Assembly: GCF_009914755.1 (NCBI RefSeq)
Contig: NC_060945.1
Strand: one strand, 5' to 3'
DNA from: the human T2T-CHM13v2.0 reference genome, Homo sapiens
DNA: 64,000 bases
This document shows positions 55,521 through 64,000 of this stretch, in pieces. Below the pieces are notes generated by a model that was not told the DNA's origin, did no database searches, and saw only the letters and a program-made list of their open reading frames with translations. Numbering within the stretch: position 1 is the first letter of the stretch; the number at the start of each line of letters is the position of its first letter. Made by a program: the position numbers and the translations under genes.

Positions 55521-56438
55521 CTATAAGAAAGACAAGGTCATTTTTAAAAAGCAAATCAGCTAGCAAGAGTGCTATGAGAAGAATGCCTACAAAGAAAAAT
55601 GGTTATACAGCCTTCAGCCCTATTCCATAAATCTTGACTTATATTTTTCCCTTCTGCTTCTAGGAGATAGTTTGCTTCTTATATGATTCCCTAAGGGAAG
55701 TTCCAGTAGCACATGGGGCTAAGAAATATAATTTGCTCTTTTACTATTTGAAATTCAAGTTATTAAACTACCATGGACTAGTGAAGTATGACTCATATCC
55801 ATATGACCCACCTTAGAAGGAGTCATACACACTGCCTCGTACAATGATATCCTAATAATGTAAAACTAATAATTAATTTTTGGGGGACCAATCAATTTAG
55901 AATCAAAGCCCCTCTGTTATGTTGCAAAATACCTACAGAATGCACATTCTTTTCTACATTGAAAGACAGGTGACCACTTCCCTTCAGCAGACTCTTATTG
56001 TAAGATCAATATGTGTAAATATTGATCTTATGCCCTCTATTGAATTAAAGTTTGAACTGTATGTCTTATTCAGGTGACATATGTCATTTGTATCATATGT
56101 TTTTATTTGGTTTGAAATTTCAAGAAGCTAAATTTGATGTCAGCTTTCCAAGATTTCTACCTTTTACATTTGCTAAGTTCTTGAAAAAGAGTGAGGAACA
56201 CATCTCTTCATATATTCACTTACTACAGATGAAGTACCTAGTCAGTATTTTTCTAGGAGCTGTGGATACAACAATGATCTAGAAGGTGTCATATTTGGCC
56301 TCTCTCAGGGAGAAAGACAGACAACAAAAATAACATCTTATTTGAAGGCCCTATAGCCATTTTTCTTTGTTGGCATTCTTCTCATAGCATTCTTGCTAGC
56401 TGATTTGCTTTTTAAAAATGACCTTGTCTTTCTTATAG
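55521..56438. repeat. 96-bp inverted repeat (55521-55616 / 56343-56438), 726-bp spacer
   Basis: Reverse complement of the right arm matches the left arm at 91 of 96 positions without gaps. Confidence 0.95.
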
Positions 56439-56753
56439 GATCACGTCCAAATTGTAAAGATGTTAAGGAAGAAGTAATTAAAATGAGATTTGAAAGATCA
56501 GTTAGTCAAGGAAGAAGAGAAAAGAGTATTCAAGGAGAGGAAACAACCAGTAGGAAGGCAAAAGAGCACAGGCCTGTTTTAAGAGAGAAAAGTTCAATAC
56601 AGCAAGTCTGTATTCAGTTTTGATGGTAGGAGGGTGTTTGACTAATGGTTGTGAATGTGCTTGGAGAATTAAGTCTAGCTTGTGAAGGGCCTTATGAGCC
56701 ATGCTAACATGAAAACTGGAACATAACAATAACAGTGGCAAGAGTAGAGCTGT

Positions 56754-57126
56754 TGTATTAGTCTATTCTCATGTTACTATATGGACATATCCAAGACTGG
56801 GTAATTTATAAAGCAAAGGGGTTTAATTGACTCACACTTCCGCATGACTGGGGAGGCCTCAGGAAACTTACAATCATGGGGAAGGGGAAGCAAACACGTT
56901 CTTCTTCACATGGCGGCAGGAGACAGAAGTGCTGAGCAAAGGGGGAAAAGCCCCTTATAGAACCCTCAGATCTCATGAGAATTCACTCATTACCACGAGA
57001 ACGGCATGCGAGTAACTGCCCCCAAAATTTAATTACCTCCCACTGGGTCCCTCCCACAACACATGGGGATTATGGGAACTACAATTCAAGATGAGATTTG
57101 GTTGAGGACACAGCCAAACCATATCA
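56754..57126 (-). mobile_element. THE1C-like solo LTR
   Basis: tgtattagtc...gacacagccaaaccatatca with perfect 5-bp TSD gctgt. Confidence 0.92.
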
Positions 57127-57223
57127 GCTGTGTTTCAAAATGATATTCGTAGAATGAAAAATAGATAATAAAAGTCGAGAATGGAAACAGGGACACTAAT
57201 TGGGAGGCTGCTATGGTAACTGA

Positions 57224-57660
57224 TGTGAGGAAAGGAATGGTCTCCAAAAAGATATGTCCATGTTCTAATTCCCTGAACCATATTTGGAAAGGGTCTTTGC
57301 AGGTGTAATTACATTGAGGGTCTTGAGGTGTAGGGTTCATACTGGATTACCTGGGTCAGCCCTAAATACAACGATGAGTATTTTTATAAGGGACACACAG
57401 GGGCGATGTGACAGACAGAAAAAGAGAAGGCCATGTGACTGTAGAGGCAGAGATTTCAGCATGAGCTGAGGAATGTTGACAGCACCAGAAACTGGGAGAG
57501 GTAAGGAAGGTTTTTCCTCTAGGGATTCCAGAGGGAGTATGGCTCTGCTGACACACTGTTTTCAGACTTCTGGTCCCCAGAACGTCAAGAGAATAAATTT
57601 CTGTTGTTTTTAGTTAAAATTTTTTGGTAATTTGTTATGGCAGCCACAGGTAACTAACAT
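57224..57660 (+). mobile_element. MLT1B/C-like LTR
   Basis: aaagatatgtccatgttctaa...gagaataaatttctgttgttt...atttgttatggcagccacagg. Confidence 0.8.
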
Positions 57661-58055
57661 AGCAAGGCAAAAGCAAAACACAGGCAGATGAAAAGGAGAA
57701 AACCTGGTGCATTTGGGTCACTGTACAAGTCCAGTAGTGCAGGACCTAACAATATCTGTGAGTGAGAAGCTGGAAATGAGGTTGGACAGATAAGCAGGAG
57801 GTTATGTTTGTGAAAGGCTGCTGGGTCTGATTGCACATGAAATGCCAGAAGATCAGTGAGTGGATCAGACTGGCTGGAAGAGGATTACATTTTTGAGCAG
57901 TGGAAAGGAAAACTGGAAAGGGAAAGGGAGGAGCAATGAACAGAACACATTTTTGTTTTTTTTTTTTTTTTCAGAGAAGGGGTCTATGGTAGTGCAGGGA
58001 GAGAACTGGAAAGGGCTTGATTGGGGAAATTTATACCCTACCCAAAATAGGGCAA

Positions 58056-58423
58056 TGTCTTAGTTGCCTTGGGCTGCTATGACAAATACCACAGGCTAGG
58101 TGATTCAAACAATAGAAATTTATTTCTCATAGTTCTGGAGGCTGGGAAGTCCAAGATCAAGGTGCTGGCAAATTTGGTTCTTGGTGAGGACCTACTTTCT
58201 GGCCACCATCTTGCTGTGTCTTCACATTGCAGAGAGAAGAACCTTTGGTGGTTCTTCCTCTTTTTATAAGGATCCTAATCCCATCATGGTGGGGGATCCA
58301 CCCTCCTAACCTCATCTAAACCTAATTCTCTGTTAAAGGCCCCACCATCCTAATGCCATCATGTTGGGGATATGGGCTGCAATATATAAATTTTATGGTG
58401 GCACAAACATTCAGTCCATAACA
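58056..58423 (-). mobile_element. MLT1A solo LTR
   Basis: tgtcttagt...ttctggaggctgggaagtccaagatcaagg...acattcagtccataaca with perfect TSD ggcaa. Confidence 0.9.
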
Positions 58424-59176
58424 GGCAAGAAATTAAACTATCCATGCATCAGATGTGGGCCACATAGGAAAGAGGGTCAGCCTGGAGCTCTTCTAGGTCC
58501 TGAGAGTACCACCTGGAAGGGCAATGGGCCACAATAGGAGAGTCTGAGTCTTTGTGGAGCGGATGATGGAAGGCCAGGAAGTGGTGCAAGGAGGAAGGGA
58601 AAGCAGACACTTGTAGCAGATGCCAGCAAGGCTTCCAGGCCAGCAGGGGAGAGGCTGTGTCTAAGTACTGGAGGCTGCTATTAGAGAGGCCCAGTGGCTT
58701 AGGACAGTACTTATCAGGAGCTGAACAAGAACTTTCCTCTTTTTCTCTCTCCCCAACAACAGCTCTCAAACTGGTGGGCCTGCACTGGGGGTGGGGAGGA
58801 CTTCTGGGTGGGAAATGAGTGGGAAGACAGAGCAATTGGCCACACCCCTCTCCCCAAGGGCAGGTGACCCACTGACTGCTGGCCTCAGCTGGAAGATGGG
58901 GATAAGCCTTGCATGAAGTCTAAGATGTTTACTGACATCTTAGATTAGACATTTAAAATTTCTGAATTAGAGTGTTTTGAGACATAGAAGACTTGAGGAC
59001 TCAGCCATCAGAGTAGAAAGTTTCCTATAAAACAGTAGTGGGACAGAGTTGTGTTTTGCTTATCTATTAAGCATCATACTTGTACCATGTACCATTTAGA
59101 TTTTCAAAGAAAAGGATGGACATTTCATCCAGGAAATCCTAGTGAGTGACTTATTTCCTTAGAATAAAATCAGTAA

Positions 59177-59466
59177 GGCCGGGCGCAGTGACTTACGCCT
59201 GTAATCCCAGCACTTTGGGAGGCCAAGGCAGGCAGATCATGAAGTCAGGAGATCGAGACCATCCTGGCCAACATGGTGAAACCCCATCTCTACTAAAAAT
59301 ACAAAAATTAGCTGGGCGTGGTGGCACATGCCTGCAATCCTAGCTACTCGGGAGGCTGAAGCAGGAGAATCGCTTGAACCGGGAGTTGGAGGTTGCAGTG
59401 AGCCGAGATTGCACCACTGCACTCCAGCCTGGTGACAGAGTGAGACTTCGTCTAAATAAATAAACA
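59177..59466 (+). mobile_element. AluS (Sc-like) with TSD
   Basis: Full dimer; flanks aataaaatcagtaa / aataaaatcagcaa. Confidence 0.92.
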
Positions 59467-62341
59467 AATAAAATCAGCAAGATGGAAAAGGCCTGTTCTG
59501 AATAGATGCTTCCCTATTTCTCTAGTGCTAAATTTAAGATAGACAAATCATGTTGTGCAATGTATTTGGTTAATGTTATCACTTCTAATTCTTACAGGTT
59601 TTATACAGAAATTTCTAAAGCATCACATTCACATTCCATTTGTTTTCCCTAGCCAAGAGAGGTCTGTAACATGGTAAACACAAAAGACTCAGAACTGAAA
59701 ACTGGAATTGAAAAGACTTTTCTATTCTGTTCACAAGGACCTTCTTTTCCCCCTTGGTTCACCACTTAATCTTTTGGTCTCTTTTTCTTCATCTGTACAG
59801 TGGAGATAATGGGTCCCAATTTCATTTTATGTTATCTCGATGGAAGGATTCCCACAGTTAGACTGAATGAAAACCTGACAAGTAATACCCACTTATCTAC
59901 CTCTCTGAAGTGCTGTAAGAATTAATGACAGCCTGCAAAGTGCACTGACGATGAAGAACACGCCATGAGAGAAAGAGAGGTGATGAGTATTATTAAAAGT
60001 GTCAAAGGATAAGTATATCTTAATGAATGTGGATAAACACATACACCAAAGGATCTTGGCTTGCTTGCCCTAGTGCCTCAATGCCTTAGGGTAAAAAGAA
60101 ATATGAATAATATCTGAGTAGAAAAATAAAAGCAGTAAAAAAAATCTCTCCATCCAGGACATTAGTAGTGAAATCATTTTTACATCCTAAAATATTTCAT
60201 TCTAAATTTTAAAAATAAAGCACTGATTTATGCACCCCAAATCTAATGAAATCAAGCAGTATGTCTTGGAAATTTAGAACAGTCTATGTAGGAAGGCAAA
60301 GTACTAAAGACAAAGATGTTCAGAAATTGAGTCAAGCCAAACAGATCAAAGATACTCTGCTCCCCAATGCAAAAGGCATCACGGGCAGAATTTATTTGCT
60401 ATGTATAGAATTGAGAACTGCTTTTTTTTTTTTTTTTTGATCTTGCAAAGGAGATGAAATGGATATGTGAATGTTGCTTGATTAGGAGGACACTCTGGGA
60501 GCGGGCAAAAATGCACAGCAAATTTGACAGGAAGAGTAACTAATAATTACTTTGGTTAGTTACATTTACAAAACAATAAGAGAAGAATAAGTCACTTATG
60601 AAGTTAAATAAATTTAAAGAAAATTAGGGTAGTTGTTTCCTTCCTGTACACAAATTATTTCAGGCTATGAACTCTCCAGCAAGTAAATAAAAAATTATTT
60701 TGGCTTTTACAATTTATCTTGGTCTTGATGCACACAAGGGCAAGATATGACAGTGTCTATTTCTTCTAGAGGACTCCGATTTGTTGTATATATAAGCAGG
60801 TGTCCTCATAAGTCTCATTATATACTATGTTTACCTCCACATATATTTTCTGTTTCCTATTGTTTGTTTCTATGTTGTAATATGCCAGTGAGCTATAGGT
60901 AATGTTGGAGAAGAGATTTTTTAAAAAATCTCTTATCTTTCATACCATATGTGAAACAGGTGGTAGTCTGCTCTCATAGATGAATATTTCTGTGATGAAT
61001 TTTTTCTTTTTATTTCTTATTTACATAAGCTAATTTATTTTTGCCAAAGTGTTTACATTCTGCCCTATAGATGTGGTCTGAGTGTATTTGCTGTAGTCAA
61101 AAGTCTCTGTTTTATACTTGATTTTGGAGTTAGGTGGGACAAGGAAAATGCAAGTAGATGGAACTCATGGTGGCCTTAATGTTATCATTTCTTTTTTAAA
61201 CAGGGCTCAATTTTAGAGCTGTGCTGTAGTCCACAAAACAATCAGTCTCTATGACAATAATTCTAATTTTGGTAGAATAATTTTAACACCACTAAAAGCA
61301 CTTGGAGAGACTTCATTTATGTAGGACATTAGTGAGATAATTTGGAACCTGTTCCTGAGTGCGGGACATACTTGCAAATATTTAAATGCTGACTTCTTTA
61401 GTCACTTGTTTCACTTTTTAAAAAAAGAAAATAGTAATTTGAGGTATATGATCAAAATTAAATAAAAACTCTACTTAAACAGTATATTACTGAGTATTAT
61501 ATTTTCTTGGTAAAAAATTAAAGTATTGTGAAACAAATATTGAATAAATAACTAAAAATCCCATATTTAATAAATTAATTATAGAGTGAAAATTTTCCTT
61601 TGAAATCCTCTCTTCAACACACTATAATATTCGTATGTGTGTGAAATTCTTCCCTATTCCAAATTTACCATCTCATTTCTGTTCACTTTTGTGTCCACAG
61701 AGTATCTGCCTGGAAACCCTGTTGCCTGGAGACCACTCTTGAAGAACATCCACTGCTGTGGCCTCTTAAAGATTTAAGACATCTAATGAACAGCTGACAG
61801 AAATCATCAATTTGCTCCTCAGTAAGTAATATTTTTAAGTCACAATAAAACACTTATCTGGATATTATTTATTCAGATAATCATAACAGCTCAAGTATAG
61901 GATGCAAAGGGGAAAAATACCTTTGAAAAATTTGAATTGTACAAATCCATACAAAAGAGAGATGGGACAAAAAATAAAATCTGCATTTTCTTCATGGAAG
62001 ACGCTGTCGAGTCCTCCTATTAATTATTTATTCAGATTTTAAAAACTATTCAAAAAGGCTTTACGTATATTTTGAACTCTATTATGTATTATCGTTCTCT
62101 GTGGCCCAAAGGAATTTTGAAGCAGAAATTCAATAAATGGCATAAGGATACTGGAATAGTGGATGAGAGGAGACATGATGCAGCCAAAAGAATTCCATCT
62201 CAACTTGAGGCATTCTGGAGAGGGTTCAAGAATCCAGCATATCTTAACAGTGTCCAAGTATCTCACAATATGATGGCAGAATTTGTCACCAGTAACAGAC
62301 ACCAAGTACAAATTATTATTATTTTATTTTACTCTTTGTGA

Positions 62342-62605
<264 letters not shown>

Positions 62606-63090
62606 TAATTTTTATTATTTTAAAAAATTATTTAAAAATTTTTTGTGAGTACATAGTAGGTGTATATATTTATGGAGTACATGAGGTGTTTTGATACACG
62701 CATGCAATGTGAAATAAGTACATCATGAAGAATGAAGTATCCATCCCCTCAAGCATTTATCCTTTCAGTTACAAATAATCCAATTACATTCTTTAAGTTA
62801 TTTTAAAATGTACAATTAAGTTATTATTGACTATAGTCACCGTATTGTGCTATCAAATAGTAGGTCTTATTCATTCTTTCTATTGTTTTGTACCCTTTAA
62901 CCATCCTCACCTCCATCCGATTCCCTGACTACCCTTCCCAGCCTCTGGTAACCACCCTTCTACTCCCTATGTCCGTGAGTTGAATTGATTTGATTTTTAG
63001 ATCCCACAAAAAGTGAGAACATGCAATGTTTGTCTTTCTGTGCCTGGCTTATTTCACTGAACATAATGATCTCCAGTTCCATCCATGTCC
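62606..63090 (-). mobile_element. L1MA1/2 3' end
   Basis: gtacatagtaggtgtatatatttatggagtacatgag...gtgcctggcttatttcact...ccagttccatccatgt. Confidence 0.85.
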
Positions 63091-64000
63091 CCGAATACAA
63101 ATTAATACATGGTAGAATCTGTGCTCTGTTTAAGAAGTTAGGAACATATTCAGGCTATATTTTGCATTTTTGAAAGATGGTTAAAATATTTTAAAAATGT
63201 TTATGCTGAAAGGAAAAAGTTCTGTGAACTAGAAAATTTACATGAATTAAAACATAGCTCAGAGATGAAATCTGAAAGAAAACATGGCCCCTCTTTGCTA
63301 AACTTCATAGTTTTGATGCTGTTAATTACACTTTGTTTTCCATATGATGCCTCATGGTGACCAAAGTAAGGTAAATTATTTTGAATTAATATTCCCTCCA
63401 AAAATTGTTATCCCCAAGCATGTAAAAAGTAAAAAGCAATAAAAGCCCAAGTTGCAAAGAAAGATGTGCTTCTATAAGAGCATTTGGAGGCTGCCGGAAG
63501 ATGGTGCATTCCAGAGAGCTTAAGACTGAGCTTTGATAACAGACAGACCCAAATTTCTGCCACATTTCACAGTGTGACTGTGCATTGGCTGCTCAACCTT
63601 GCTAAGCTTTAATATTTTTGTGTAAGAAAAATATATGTATTTATTGTACCTAAAGGTTGTTAAGAGAATTAAATGAGTGTGTGTACATAACCAGAGTGCC
63701 TGGAACATTAAATGCTTAATGCACATTAGCTATTACCCTTATCATTATTATCAAGTTAAATTAAGCCAATATAATCATAAAGTTGGAAGCTGAGTTTATG
63801 AGGGCAGTGGCAAAGCCACCTAGCTAATCATGAGCTGCTGTTTAACAAAATGAAAGGAAGTTATTGTTTACATAACACCATACAAAGAGGACATTTTGGA
63901 GAAACTAGGTTAATACATATTTTAAAAAAAAGGTTTTTAATGCTTTTCGTAAGCGCGAGAGAAGAAATTGAGATAACGTTGCATTAAGGAACTATTTAGT

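Overview
AT-rich, repeat-dense human (primate) genomic DNA containing the 3' half of CYYR1 (cysteine/tyrosine-rich 1, chr21q21.3) on the minus strand. The gene was recognised from the translated exons. Visible parts are part of the long intron 2 (38554-64000), coding exon 3 (38396-38553: transmembrane helix plus CxCxC), intron 3, and terminal exon 4 (coding 26626-26756, three PPxY motifs, CAGCAG tandem acceptor) with a ~2.3 kb 3'UTR ending near 24340. Bases 1-24300 lie downstream of the gene. The rest is mostly Alu, L1, L2, MIR, MaLR/ERVL LTRs, hAT/Tc1 MITEs and microsatellites; one TCTA repeat matches the QF-PCR marker D21S1435 as I recall it. There are no prokaryotic features, and almost all listed ORFs are spurious. 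Main observations: (1) two alternative C-terminal routes, a cryptic last exon at 29182 and exon-3 read-through with intronic polyA, would give a membrane-anchored CYYR1 lacking all PPxY motifs; (2) a 96-bp, ~95% identical inverted duplication of non-repeat DNA in intron 2, one of three short local templated duplications; (3) a fossil C2H2 zinc-finger array hidden in intron 3; (4) a tail-less L1 fragment wrapped in scrambled palindromic filler; (5) ETS-rich candidate enhancers (a duplicated ETS/forkhead site and a (GGAA)12 tract). Repeat subfamily names and boundaries are by eye and approximate.
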